A stretch of 64,000 bases of DNA from the human T2T-CHM13v2.0 reference genome, Homo sapiens (GCF_009914755.1 NC_060929.1); one strand, 5' to 3'. Numbered from the stretch's first letter, positions 30,835 to 45,359 are shown. The notes: generated by a model not told the origin, from the letters alone. Program-made: numbers and translations.

Positions 30835-31390
30835 TGTGATAATTTTCAATTATGTCCACAGGTTCTTTCATACTCCTCTCTTCACGAAGTAGAGCTTACT
30901 TCACCTCCCCTTGAGAGTGGGCTAGACTTAGTGACCCTTTACACAAATAATATGGTAGATGTGATGGTATATGATCCTGAGACAAGTTATGAAAGACACT
31001 CAGACTTCCCTATTGATCTCTCTTTGATCATTCACTCTGGGGAAGTCAGCTTCCAGGTAGACAGGATGCTCAAGCAGCCCTATGGAGAAAGAGGTCCACG
31101 TAAGGAAAAACTAAAGCCTCCTACCAACAACTGGCAAAGGACTGATACCTACAACCAATGGGCCATATGAGTAAGACATTTAGACAGCAGATCTTCCAGT
31201 CCCAGGCCTGCTTCAGATGATATAGACCTAGCTCCCATCTTGACTGAAACATTAGAGGAAACTTTGACTCAGAAATACCCAGCTAAGTGGCTCCTAGATT
31301 CTTGACTCACAGAATCCATGAGATAAATATTAGTTGTGTTAAGGTCCTAAATTCTAGGGCAATGTGTTATGCAGCAACAGATAACTAATA
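30835..31390 (+). mobile_element. MLT1F/G-like LTR
   Basis: ccccttgagagtgggctagacttagtgac motif; 3' end tgttatgcagcaacagataactaata. Confidence 0.8.
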
Positions 31391-33294
31391 TTGAGCATAG
31401 TGACAATCTTCAGGTGTTTTTGAGGGTCATTACCTAATGCTGAGGTTTCAGTGATTTCATTATAGTCTTTTTTTGACACCAGCACATGGAAGGAGTCAGA
31501 AAATATGCCAGGCCAGAGATTCTGCTCCATCCCCAAATTGTATTCTGCATAGTCCCTCAGAGTTTATGACTTATCACAGACTCCTCAGGAGCCATCTCCA
31601 AGAAAGGTTCAAAGTTAGGAAGAAATCAAGGAAAATAATGTATGAATGACTTAGCATGAGAGTAATCATGATTTCACAGTACATTCTGTCTGTTTAAAGA
31701 TTTCTAAAGATGTTCAAGGATTTTACTTAGTATATATACACATTTAAAAAGCATTTCATAATTATTGCTGAAGTTTAGGTTGATATTTTTGGACACGGAT
31801 ATCTTCTCCATGGTTTACATAAAATAAGTATAAAATAATAGTCTTACATATGAATGATAATGAGGATATACAATGTTTTTGTCATCAGATGATCTAATCT
31901 TATTCATTTACTATACCTTATTTAAAAAAATAGACCCTTGTATATTTAGGTTTCAAGTATTTCTCTTAATGAGTGCATATCATAATCTATAATTATATAG
32001 CTATGATTAGTGCTAAGTTTCCAATGACTAATTTTCTGGCAGGGTTTTTGCAGGATCCTCTGGGCAAGTGCTCACACTGAAGCCAGTATTCTGGCACTTG
32101 ACTTTCTTCCTATTCTTCAACTAGTACCTTTCTGGTCTTGGTATGAACCAACTGCATAATCTCCCAACTCAAGGTGGAGTGAGTTAATTTTACCTTGATA
32201 GATACTAGCGCTGCTGACTGACTTTCCATTTTTCTTCTTCATCTAGGACAGCATTCACCTAAAATCAGTCTTGCTGTTATGACTTGTTTTGGTTAAGGAA
32301 TTATAATTGAGTACAAGCATTTAAGATCCCCTGTATGATTCCTCATTCTCTGTTTCTTCCTACTTTGAAAAACCCTGTGTGTTGTATTAGGGTGGCAGAG
32401 GCATAAGAGATTGAAGAGTAACTATGTGGAAGAGGAGGTTTCATCTACCCACAGAGGATATGTTGCTTGAGTGATTAACTAGACTGCTTGGATTAAGCCA
32501 GTGTGATTTTGGTATTGTTTGTTACTTTGGCATGCCCAGCCCATCCTGACTAATACACTGTCCAGAGTGCATGACGGGGGATACCTACAAAAGTTTCTGA
32601 GTTAAAAGAACATGATAGTCTAAATTTCTCTTGAAAAACAAATTTTGTTTTGCCCCCAAAGGGTTCAGCTTTAATTACAGTCCTACTGGAAAAATATTTC
32701 TCTGGATCTTAGTTTCCTCATTGGTATAGGTAACATTGGTATAGCTCTATATTGTAGGTTTGCGTCAAGATTCAAAAACAGTAATTTTTATTATATTTTA
32801 AAAATTACAAAGCTTGTGACTAGACATTAGCTAGTCTAGACTAGACTAGACATTAATACAAAATGGATTTTAATTCCTAAATTACCTTTGTTAATATATT
32901 TTAAATTATCTTATACACCAAGATGTAATCAATAATAATTGATAAATGAACTATGACTATGAATACTTATACAACATTGTGATATATGGTTTAAGCAATG
33001 CACTTTTTAAAACCAAATGTATTTCTTAACTTCTTGGTATGATAAAATTAAGATTTCATAGACACTCACCTGTCCGGGGTAAAATTTAGTAGACTTTTTT
33101 ATATCAGGAAATTAAAGAAACACTCCACTAAAGTGTAAACCTGAAATTTCTACTTAGGGAAACCATTAAATAATTTAAAAGAGATTTATCAGTGAATTTT
33201 GTTGATGTGCTCACAATTTAATCAATATTAATCATCTTTTCCACCATTCATTCTGAAATTTCTCAAGTGTAAAGCAGAAGAAAAGACAGCTTGT

Positions 33295-36200
33295 TTCCAA
33301 CTTTTATTTCAGGTTCAGGGGTACATATGCAGGTTTGTAATATAGGTAAATTGAGTGTCATGGGGGTCTGGTGTACAGATTATTTCATCACCCAGGTAAG
33401 AAGCATAGTAGACAATAGGTAGTTGTTTGATCATCTCCCTTCTCCCACCCTACACCCTCAAATAGGTCCCAGTGTCTGTTGTTCCCTTCTTTGTGTCCAC
33501 ATGTACTCAATATTTACCTTCCACTTATAAGTGAGAACATGAGGGTTGTTTTTCTGTTCCTGCTTTAGTTCACTTAGGATAATCGCCTCCAGCTCCATTC
33601 ATGTTGCTTCAATGAACGTGATCTTGTGCTTTTTAATGGCTGCATAGTATGCCACAGTGTATATCTGCCACACTTTCTTTAACCAGTCTACTGCTAATGG
33701 CCATTTAGGTTGATTCCACGTTTTTGCTATTGTGAACAGTGTTGTGATGAATATGGTGTAATGATTTACATTCCTTTGGGAATATACCCAATAATGGGAT
33801 TGCTGGGTTGAATGACACTTCTGCTTTAACTTCTTTGGGAAATCGCCACACTGCTTACTACAATGGCTGAACTAATTTTCATCCCAACAAGCAGTGTATA
33901 ACATTCCTTTTTCTCCACAGCCTCACCAGCATCTGTTACTATTTGACTTCTTAATAACAGCCATTCAGACAGGTGTGAGATAGTGTCTCTCTGTGGTTTT
34001 GATTTGCATTGTTCTAATGATTCATGATGTTAAGTACTTTTTCATAAATTGTTGGCTGTGCACAGTCTTCTTTTGAAAAGTGTCTGTTCATGTCTTTGGG
34101 CCACATTTTAATGGGGTTGTTTTTTGCTTGCTACTTTAAGTTCCTTACAGATTCTCTACATTAGACCTTTGTCAGATGCATAAGTTACAAATATCTTCTC
34201 CCATTCTGTACGCTGTCTGTTTACTCTATTTTCTTTTGCTGTGCAGAAACTCTTTAGTTTAATTAGGTGGTCCCCTTTATCAATTTTTGTTTTTGTTGCA
34301 ATTGCTTTTGGTGTCTCCATCATGAAATCTTTACCAGAGCCTATGACTGGAATACAATTTCCTAGGTTATCATCAGGGTTTTTATAGTCTTAGGTTTTCC
34401 ATTTGTCTTGAGTTGATTTATGTAAGGAAGGGATCCAGTTTCAATCTTCTGTATATGGCTGGCCAATTTATCCTAGCAGCATTTATTGAATAGGAAGTCT
34501 TTTTCTTATTGCTCATTGTCAGTTATGTCCATTAGATGGCTGCAGGTGTCTGGCTTTATTTCTGGGCTCTCTATTCTGTTCCACTGGTCTATGTGTCTGT
34601 TCTTTTTTTTTTTTTCTTTTTCCACTAACATGCTGTTTTCATTAGTGTAGGCTTATAGTATAGTTTAAAGTCAGGTAGTGCAATGCCTCCAGCTTTGTTC
34701 TTTTTGCTTAGGATTTCTTGGGCTATTGGGGCTTTTTTTCGTTCTATATGCTTTATACAATAGGTATTTCTATTTCTGTGCAGAATGTCATTGGTGGTTT
34801 GGAATAGCATTCAATCTATAAGTTGCTTTGGGCAGTATGGCCATTTTAACAGTATTCTTCCTATCTATGAGCATGAAATGTTCTTCCATTTTATCAGTCA
34901 TCTCAGATGTCTTTCAGCAGTATTTTGTAATTCTCATTGTAGAGATCTTTCACCTCCCTGGTTAGCTGCATTCCTAGGTATTTTGCACTATTTGTGGCTA
35001 TTGTGAATGGGGTTGGTTTCTTCATTTGACCCTCAGCTTGGACACTGTTGATGTATACAAATGCTACTGATTTTTGTGCACTAATTTTACATTCTGAAAC
35101 TTTGCTAAAGTTGTTTGTAAGATCTACGAGCTCTGGGGCAGAGACTATGGGGTTTTCTAGGTATAGAATCATATTGTCTGCAAGCAGAGAAAGCCTGACT
35201 TCCTCTCTTCCTATTTGGATGCCTTTTATTTCTCCTTCCTGATTGCTCTGGCTAGGACTTCCAGAACTGTGTTGAATGGAAGTGGTGACAGTGGTCATCC
35301 TTGTCTTGTTCCAGTTCTCAAGGGGAATGCTTCCAGCTTTTACCTGTTCACTATGATATGGCTGTGGGTATGTTATAGATGGCTCTTATTATTTTGAGGT
35401 ATGTTCCTACAGTGCTTAGTTTGCTGAAGGTTCATAACATGAAGGAATATTTAATTTTATTAAAAGCCTTTCTGTATTTATTGAGATAATTAGGTTTCAT
35501 GTTTTTAGTTCTATTTATGTGATGAATCACATTTATTGATTTGCAAATGTTGAAACAAACCTGCATCCAGGAATAAAGCCTACCTCATCATGGTGGAATA
35601 CCTTGTTCGTGTGCTGCTGGATTTGGTTCGTTTGAAATTTGTTGATGACTTTTTACATCAATGTTCATCAAGGATATTGGCCCAAAGTTTTCTTTTTTTG
35701 TTGTGTCTCTACCAGGTTTTGCTATCAGGATGATGCTGTCCTCATAGAATAAGTTAGGGAGGAGTCTGTCCTCCTCAATTTTTTGGAATAGTTTCAGTAG
35801 GATTGGTACCAGCTCTTCTTATACACCTGATAGAACTCAGATGTGAATCCATCTGGTACTCAGCTTTTTCTGGTTCGCAGTGTTTTTATTACTGATTCAA
35901 TTTTGGAACTCATTATCAGTCTGTTCAGGATTGCAATTTCTTCCTTTTCTCACCTTGGGAGACTGTATGTTTCCAGGAATTTATCAATTTCTTCTAGGCT
36001 TTCTAGTGCATAGAGGTGTGCATAGAGGTGTTTGTAGTAGTCTCGGAGGGATTTTTGTATTTCTTGGGGGTCAGTGGTAATGTCCTCTTTGTTATTTCCA
36101 ATTGTGTTTATTGGGTTCCTCTCTCTTTTATTATTAATCTAGCTAGTGGTATATCAATCTTATTTATTCTTTCAAATAACTACCTCCAAGATTTGTTGAT

Positions 36201-38122
36201 CCTTTGTGTAACATTTTTTTCTCAGTTTCATTCATTTCAGGTCTGATTTTGGTTATGTCTTATCTTCTGCTACCTTTGGGGTTGATTTGCTCTTGATTTT
36301 CTAGTTTCTCTAGGTGTGATGTTAGGTTGTGAATTTGAGATCTTTCTAACTTTTTTTTATGTGGGCATATAGTGTTATAAATGTTTCTCTTAACAATGTT
36401 TTAGGTAGGTCCCAGAAATTCTGATATGTTTTATCTTTGTTCTCATCACTTTCAAGGAATTTCCTTATTATTCTGTTGTGGTTTTTTGGGGGAGGGGGCG
36501 GGGAGGTGGAGAGTTCTGTAGATGTTAGATCTATTCGGTCAAGTGTGGAGTTGAGGTCCCAAATAACTTCATTATTTTCTTCTCTGATGATCTAATATTG
36601 TCAGTGGGGTGTTGACATCTTCCTCTATTATTGTGTGGTTATCTACATCTCTTTGTAAGTCTCTAAGAACTTGTTTTATGAATCTGGGTGCTCCTGTCTT
36701 GGGTGCATATACATACAGGATAGCTATGTTTTCTTGTTGAGTTGATCCTTTTACCAATATGTGATGCCCTTTTTGTCTGTTTTGATTGTTGTTGGTTTAA
36801 AGTCTGTTTTGTCTGAAATTAGAATAGCAGCCCCTGCTTTTTTCTGTTTATATAGTGGATTTTTTTCCATCCCTTTACTGTGAGCCTGTGGGTTTCATTC
36901 CATGTGGGGTAGGTATCTTAAAGACAGTAAATCTTGCTTCTTTATACAATTTGCCACTTTGTGCCCTTTAATTGGGGCATTTAGGCCATTTACATTCAAT
37001 GTTACTATGGATATGTACAGATTTGATCATATTATCTTGTTATTAGCTGGTTATTATGTAGACTTGATTGTGTGGTTGCTGTATAGTGTCACTGATTTAT
37101 GTAGTTGTGTGTCTTTTTGTGGTGGCTAGTTGAACATTCTTTCCTTTCCATAATTAGCACTCCCTTCAGGACCTCTTGTAAAACAGGTCTGGTGGTAACA
37201 AATTCCCTCAGCATCTGCTTGTCTGAAAAGGATCTCATTTCTTCCTCATCTACGAAGTTTAGTTTGACTGGATATGAAATTCTCCGTTGCAATTTATTTT
37301 CTTTCATAATGCTTAATATAGGCCCCCAATCTCTTCTGGCTTGTAGAGTTTCTGCTGAAAAGTCCACCAGTAGCCAGATGAGGTTCCCTTTGTGGATGAC
37401 CTGTAACTTCTCTCTAGATGCTTTTAATATTTTTTTCTTTCACTTCAATCCTAGAGAATCTGATGACTATGTGTCTTGTCGATGGTCATCTTGTAATACC
37501 TTGCAGGCATTTTCTGCATTTCCTGAATTTGAATGTTGGCCTCTCTAGCAAGGCTAGGAAAGTTTTCAGGGAAGATATCCTCAAATATGTTTTCCAAGTT
37601 GCTTGCTTACTCTCCCACTCTTTCAGGGACACCGATGAGTCATACATTTGGTCTCTTTACATAATCCCATATTTCTAGGAGTTTTTGTTCATTCTTCTTT
37701 TTTTTTTTTTTTGTCTGATCATTTTATTTTGCAGAACTGGTCTTTGAGCTCTGAGATTCTTTCCTCAGCTTGGTTTATTCTGCTGTTAATACTTGCAATT
37801 ATATTATGAAATTCTTGAAGTGAGTTTTTCAGCTCTACCAGGTCAGTTTGGTTCTTTCTTAAAATGGCTATTTCATCTTTCAGCTTCTGTATCATTTTAT
37901 TTTATTCCTTATAGTTCTTGGATTGAGTTTCAACTTTCTCCTGAATCTTCATGATCTTTTTTCCTACCCTATGTTCCTGTTCTGAATTTTATGTCTGTCA
38001 CTTCAATCATTTTAGCCTGGTGAAGAACCATTGCTGAAGAACTAGTGTGGTCATGTGGAGGTAGAAGCCACTCTGGCTTTCTGAGTTATCAGAGTTCTTG
38101 TTGTGGTCTTTCTCATCTGAGT
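33295..38122 (-). mobile_element. ~4.8-kb older L1PA (PA15/16-like): partial ORF1, decayed ORF2 with internal deletions, 3' UTR
   Basis: Minus-strand ORFs 37089-37367 (ORF1p: DFSAETLQARRDW..YPVKL), 36572-36757 (endonuclease: YAPKTGAPRFIKQVL), 34903-35298 (RT: [13 protein letters not shown]), 34625-34810; L1 3' UTR at 33295-33560. Confidence 0.93.
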
Positions 38123-38380
38123 AAGCTAGTGTTCCTTCAAAAAGACTGTTTTTTAATGCTAACATTATGCAAAAACTTTGTGCCTAGATTTAACATAAAA
38201 TTCGGAAAAGAAAACCAAAATAATTTTAAACAGTTATAAAGCCTAGGCTGCAAGCACTACAAAATTATTAACAAGTGGCTGATCCAAGAATATAGAAAAT
38301 TTTTTTAAATATTATAACTTCTATCTGATCTGAGTAAAAAAAATACAGTACTCAAAAACTGAACACTGGATAAACAGTTG

Positions 38381-39424
38381 TTTAGTTGTTATGTGAAAAG
38401 TCAATAATCACCTCTAAGTATTTTAAAAATACATTTAAACTGATAAAGGAAATGTAACTCCAATATAAAATTCATAGTGCCATTATAAAATGTTGCTTAA
38501 CACATTGAAAAATTACACAGTATCTGGCTTTCAAATATTCAAACAACTTAAAACAATAAAAACAACATATTGACAAATTTCTCAGCAGTCATATTTTATG
38601 GGTATTCTGCTAGTTTTCCCCTATCCATTTACATATATATGTAAAGGTACACACATATACATAAATACATCCACATACACACAAATCGATATACACACAC
38701 ATACATACACACACACACACACACACTTAACAGAAATGTGATGATGCTATATATATTGTCTGTAACTTTTTTTTCCAATCAGTATGTTTTGGAGACCATT
38801 TCAGACCATTACTTATGAATTTATCATGTTGTTTAAATCTGTCGACAGCTATCCCATTGTATTGATGTAACATTTTTAGTTCTCTCCTCTACAAATGTTG
38901 TTTTCATTGCATTGCTTTTAGTTGTTATGTGAAAAGTCAATAATCACTTCTAAGTATTTTAAGAATACATTTAAACTGGTAAGTTAAAGGAAATGTGACT
39001 CCAATATAAAAATTCATAGTACCATTATAAAAAGTTGCTTAACACCCTGAAAAATTACACAATATCTGGTTTTCAAATATTCAAACAACTTAAAACAATA
39101 AAAACAACATATAGACAAATTTCTGAGCAGTCATATTTTATGGGTATTCTGCTAGTTTTCCCCTATCAATTTACATATATATGTAAAGGTACACACATAT
39201 ACATACATACATGCACATACACACAAATCGATATACACACATATACACACACACACACATAACAAAAATGTGATGATGCTATATATATTGTTCTGTAACT
39301 TTTTTTCCAATCAGTATGTCTTCGAGACCATTTCAGACCATTATGAATTTATCATGTTGTTTAAATCTGTACGCAGCTATCCCACTGTATTGATGTATCA
39401 TTTTTAGTTCTCTCCTCTACAAAT
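38381..39424. repeat. ~536-bp tandem duplication (38381-38896 and 38917-39424) containing a CA-rich tract and an old antisense L1M end
   Basis: Both copies start tttagttgttatgtgaaaagtcaataatcac and end tttttagttctctcctctacaaat; above 90% identity by eye. Confidence 0.95.
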
Positions 39425-40269
39425 ACTTTTTTCATTTCTTTTTTTATTTTGCTCATAAATATATGTTGAAATCAGGATCACTTTATAAGGGCGTATGTGT
39501 GTATGTGTGAGTATTATTTTAGAATAAATTCCTAGAAATGAATTTGCTGTGTCTAAGAATACAAACATCTTAAGCTGTGACAGATGCAGCCATCTTGTTC
39601 CCAACGCATTTCCAATGGAGACTTCGCCAACAACATAAAGGAATGCCAAATTACATGCCCTTTGGCAAACAGAGATATGAGTCGTCATTTAAATTTTTAA
39701 TAATCTGACAGTTAAAATGTAATGTATAATTGTTTTCTTTTGTGTAAAATGACATTTTAAACTGTAGAGTCCGTTAGACAAAAAGCTGATTCCATTAACA
39801 GAAAAACATGAGTCATCTTTCTATGACTTGTCAAGGTAGTGTTGTTGTATTTCTCTTATAGCACTTTACCCACTTTACTGCAATTACAGATAAAAATCTT
39901 CTGACCCTTACATCCAATGTAAAAAGTCATTACTTTTAACTTCATTTCACAAATGGAGAAAGATGAGACTCAGGAAAAATAAACAGCATGTACAGTCTCA
40001 GAAGTGTAGTCAGGGGCAGTCAAAGATTTTAAACTAAATTTCTGACATCTTGTCATGTATTATTTTGATTAGACCCCAGAATAGTCAATGTTTGGATGTA
40101 ATAGTTCTTTTGCATATACATCCTATTACAAAACAATACACATTAGTTTCAAGAAAGTTGTTTTTATAATTTTAGATAAATCCTTCAGCTTTGTCACTTA
40201 GACGGTAATTACTTCTGAAATCCTGAAGATGCCATCTTTCTAATTCCCTATGATACCAATATCTATTTA

Positions 40270-40590
40270 AAATTTGTATTTTTAATTGATACATAATTGT
40301 ATACATTCATGAGGGAGTATGATATGATGTTTTGATATATATTTATGGTGTGGAATAATTAAATCAGGATAGCTAACACATTTATAACCATAAATTTTTG
40401 TTTGATTAAAAAAAATTTCACTTCTACTGTTTTACCAATATTAAAATATGCAATGCAGTTATTTTAGTCACTATTCTGTATAATTGATCAGGAAAGCTCA
40501 TTCGTCCTGTCTAATGGAAACTTTGCACCTCTTGACCAACATTTACCCTTTCCCCATCCACTCAGGCCTTAGCATCTGGTAACCATCATA
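40270..40590 (-). mobile_element. L1MA-like 3' end fragment
   Basis: ttttaattgatacataattgtatacatt...gaaactttgcacctcttgaccaaca...ctggtaaccatc. Confidence 0.75.
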
Positions 40591-41759
40591 TAGTACCTTT
40601 TTAATGTGTTGTGAAGTCAGTTATCTTCCAAGAGACCATGCTTATTCAAAACTCCAAAGACAAATTTCAGAAAAGCTGTAATTTCTCTGTGTTTACAATT
40701 ACTTTATGTAACCATATCATATAGTAAATCTTAGATATGAGTAAACAGGTTTAAATTATCATATTCCCAGTCTAAAAATAATATTTAACATTTCAAAATT
40801 CATTTGTAGTATTCTCTACTGTATTTTTAAAAGTAATTTCCCTGACCAATTAAATTATTCTATGTTTAGGAGAACTCCCCTCATGGCAGTAGACTTCACA
40901 CATTTTATTTTCTTTGTTCTTTCTTTTCAGTACATTTAGAATGTTTCACATCATCAACAGTTACCACTCTCTAATACATAAATTATTCCTGAATAAAATG
41001 TCAAATATTTTAATATCTAGTTGTTAGAAAATCAGTCAATTATAAGTGCTCAAAAATATTAAACAAATTTAAAATAAAACAAGAATAACCTGTGGAAAAA
41101 TAAACTTTGACTTTATGTAAAAAAACAAAATTTCTGTAAATTAGGTAGGAAGCACTTGCTTCTTTACATAGAAATATTTTAGCATGATTGGTCTTTTTGG
41201 AGGGAGAGGTCCAAGCATGAACCTGATTATAATCTACCTTTTTATGTCACTGTTTTTTTTAACAAACTTTCCTCTCCAAAAGATAATTGGGAGATGAAAT
41301 TTTAATCAATTAGGGATATTATATTTTACAAAGAGCAAAAATTGTTTTATGTTTAACTGTCTATTATGAAAACCTTAATAACCTGCAGGAGCTATTAAAA
41401 GCATACTAGCAAATGCTTAAAATCAGAATTTGCTTTTTATAAACATGTCCAAGGATCTTAAGGAAAATGATACATAAATATAAATCAATATGATGTTTCT
41501 TTTTAAAATCTCAATTATGCAAACATGGTAGTTATACAGATTTTTGTTAGACAAAGCACAAATATTCAACTACAAAAGTTTTTTCTATATTTATTTTACA
41601 ATCAGGTTTCTTATCAATTAATTTCCCTATGTCTTAGATCAAAAAGCAATAAAAATGCATATCAGTGTCATACTGATCTCAGCATGTATGCTAAAGATTA
41701 TCTATACATGGATTGTTATACATATGAGGTAATAACATTCTAAGTTAAAGAGAAATTTT

Positions 41760-41990
41760 TACAGTGTAATAATAACACTAATTGTGTACGTACTATGGAC
41801 CAGGCATTATTCTAAGCTCCTCCAGTACTGACTCAACTAATACAGCAATGCTATGCAGTACTTCTATTATTATCCTCTTTTCTAGATGATGGAACTGAGA
41901 TACAGGAGGTTAACCTCCCCAAGGTGGCAAAGGGAAGGGCTACTGTTTGAACTCACATGGCCTATGGTTCAGTCACTACACTGTGCTGTT
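41760..41990 (-). mobile_element. MIR
   Basis: MIR core-like tattatcctcttttctagatgatggaactgagatacag. Confidence 0.65.
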
Positions 41991-44980
41991 AATCTACTGG
42001 ATGCCTCTAAATACTGATACCAATTTGGTAAATTATTCATTAATTAAAAAATCATTCATGGACCACATACTTTGCCAGGTCCAGTACTTGGCATTGAGTA
42101 CTGGATGCAAAAAAAAAAAAAAAAAAATCCTATTTATCCCTCCTTCCTACTTTGGAGAAGCCATAGGTAAAATAATTAATATAGCAATTGGATCTAAAGC
42201 ATACATTTTGGTTATGAAGAAGGAAGGTTTCTAAGTAGGAAAGTCTTCAGAGGGCTTGCTTTGGTGTTCCAGTGCCTACCACAATGGCCACGTATTCTAG
42301 AAGCTCTTGGGAATGACTCCATTCCACAATCCTTGTTACCCAGCCCCTCATTGCACCTGTGGTCATCTATCTACTCCACAGGAGCCTGGGACCCTTCTGC
42401 CTCCTCTGGTTAAGGGGCCTATTACCAGGAGCTAGTTGTGTTGCTTCTAAACCCATTCATTTCAATTTTATCTAATAATTATATTATGTGATTAAACATA
42501 TGTAAGACAATGAGACATAACTGCATCAAGAATAGTTTTTGTTATTTTATGAATACTTGTTGAAATTCCTTTAAGATAAGCCACTGAAAAATACCGTGGT
42601 ATTATAGATAAGGTAATTGTAAAAGGCAAAGGAAAAATTATAAACATCTAGAAGGATTCTTCTTTAAAATACTTCAAAAGTTTCTTAGATTCCTCCTAGA
42701 GGAAGGAAGGAAGAGTAGGGAGTGGAGCAGTAAGAATGCTCATTCCATGTTATTACGAGCAGACTCATATTTAAATAACTGACCTAGGTCCTATACAGTT
42801 AGTGAACACACGTACAATTAAGTTAAAAATAAAACGAATACAGCATTTATGTAGTTTTTTTTAATGATTCTCTATTTTAAATGACTCCTCTTAACTCAAT
42901 CTCTTGATTGAAAGAGTTTTTACCAACCATGGTCTCAACACTTATTGGTTGAATGAATGAAAGAATGAACAGTAAGTGAATTGATCACGTTTAACCTATT
43001 CTGCCTGTTATGTGATTGTTTAGTTGGTCTTTTCATTGTATGAGTATTTGTTTTGCCTGGAATCATTTACTTGCTGGATCAATTAGTCATTTATTAACTT
43101 AATTAAGAAACAAGTGGCTACTGGTACTTGATGATGTCAATAATTCCACCAAAGACGATACCGAGTGTTGAAGGGCTCTTTTGTTTCGCCTGGAATCTGC
43201 CTCTGCTCCCTTGTAACTGTGTCTGCACACGGCACCCGCATGAGGCAATGCACTCGGATAGACCAATTTCATGAAACTGTAATTACTCTGAGAACGATGC
43301 TAAATTTAAATTGTACAAGTGACTGAATTTCAATTTAGAATAACAAATCTACACATCATCTTATTGGAAAATCATTATCTAATTTCTGTGTACCACACAT
43401 ATAATTTGCACAATTGAGAAAAAAAGTCTCTCAATTTGCTATCTTAAAAAGTGAAACAGCTTTGTGAACTTTGAACAGAGGATTAAAGTTCCATTGATAT
43501 TCTGAACAAAGTGAAGTGAACTAAATAGGAAAAATAATGTTAATCAGAAATTAATTTGTAGATTTTATATTCAAGATGGTACAATATCTAGTAACAATCT
43601 AATCGCTTTTTCACCAAGGAAAAAGTAAATAATAAAGTATTGGATTTGAATTTATTGTATTTAAATTTGTATCATAATATTTCAATAAACTCAAGTTATT
43701 AGAGTTGCTACCTACTGATTTGGAACAAACAACTCTAGTGCAGAGGATGAAGCTTGTGTGAATACAGGAAACTCTGTTTTGGCTGTAAAAGACTCCATCA
43801 GGTTTTCAAGTAGCATAGGATCTAACACTACTTATTTCTGATATACTGTGCACTATTTTATACAAAAAATGTGTAGCTTATATTGGTAACCAAGAAAACT
43901 TCCTATTTAAAAATCTAAGTTGATCACCATAGTTAACGCAATGGGCAAATTTGGAAAACTAGATTCTACCATAATTAGAAAAAAATGTGGAAATTGAAAA
44001 ATGAAAGGACCAGGTCACATATATATAGATTAAGTGACATTAGTCAAATAAGAGAAAAAATTGTGTTATCCACAGGCATAGGCGACTTCTATCATATTTA
44101 GTTTCTATTATCTAGAAAATTAAATGCACCTTTAAATACAAAAATATGCTTACTGATATAACTGGATGAAATCTCAATTTCACGTTGTCAATTCTAGAGT
44201 CCCCTACAAAAATGGCATCCATTCTATACATTTCCTCTTTGCACACAGCAAAAACTACAGATGCACATGAGTAACCCTTGTGCAGCACAAGGGAGAGTAA
44301 GGACTCGTTGCCCAGACATCTTATAAATGGGAGGGTAATGAGGCATAAAGAAATTAAGTAACATTTTCAAGGTCATACCCTGAGTCTTTAATAGAGCAGA
44401 GAATAGAAACATAAGTTTTGGTTATTAGATCTATACTGTAATGTCTAGAGCATGCTTCCAATCTTGCAAATCTTGCACAACAAACCAAAATGAAGTACCT
44501 GGCACAAAATAGACCTCATATGTGCATATGAAACACTTGCTTATCCAGGAAACTAAATGATCCAAAAAAGAATTATTTTGAAAAGTAAATTAAAGACAAA
44601 ATAAAGCTCCATTACAATTTCCAAATGAAAGCTTGCTTTAAGATGGATGATAGCGATCAAGCAAATTTCTCCTTTGCTTGCTTTTATGCATGACATATTT
44701 TGTAATGACCTTCTGAGTTTAACCCAGGCCTTCACGAATAATAAGCTTATCGTCCTGGAGTTGCCTGGAGCAGCTCTGTACAGCAATACATCTTCCACAT
44801 GGACTGGTCAAACCCCAGTACTGCCTTCTGTCTAGTTATTTTCTCCTGTTCATATATGGATTTGGATCTGAAACCACACATTTGAGTTCACAAAAGAATG
44901 ATAATTCACCAACTGAATTTTGCCTGGGCAACTGTTCTTAATCTAAAATACAGAACTCCTTTCCACTTGCTGTCAGTAAA

Positions 44981-45359
44981 TATTACTGTTTGGCTCTGTG
45001 TCGCCATGCAAATCTCATGTTGAATTGTAATCTCCAGTGTTGGGGTGGATCTGAGTAGGAGGTGAATGGGTCATAGGGGCAGATTTCCCCCTTGCTGTTC
45101 TCATGACAGTGAGTTCTCATGAGACCTGGTTGTTTAAAAATGTGTAGCACTTCCTCCTTCACTCTCTCTCTCCTGCTGGCCATGTGAAGATGGTACATGC
45201 TTCCCCTTCACCTTCCATCATGAGTGTATGTTTCCTGAGGCCTCTCCAGCCATGATTCCTGTATACTTTGCAGAACCATGAGCTAATTAATCCTCTTTTC
45301 TTTATAAATTACCCAGTCTCAGGTAGTTCTTTATAGCAGTGTGAGAAAGAACTAATACA
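44981..45359 (+). mobile_element. MSTA-like solo LTR
   Basis: gtttggctctgtgtc...gaactaataca, 5-bp TSD gtaaa on both sides. Confidence 0.9.

Noticed and set aside
34625-37367. Endonuclease, RT and RNA-binding-like ORFs on the minus strand
   Set aside because: Decayed ORF1/ORF2 of an old L1PA element
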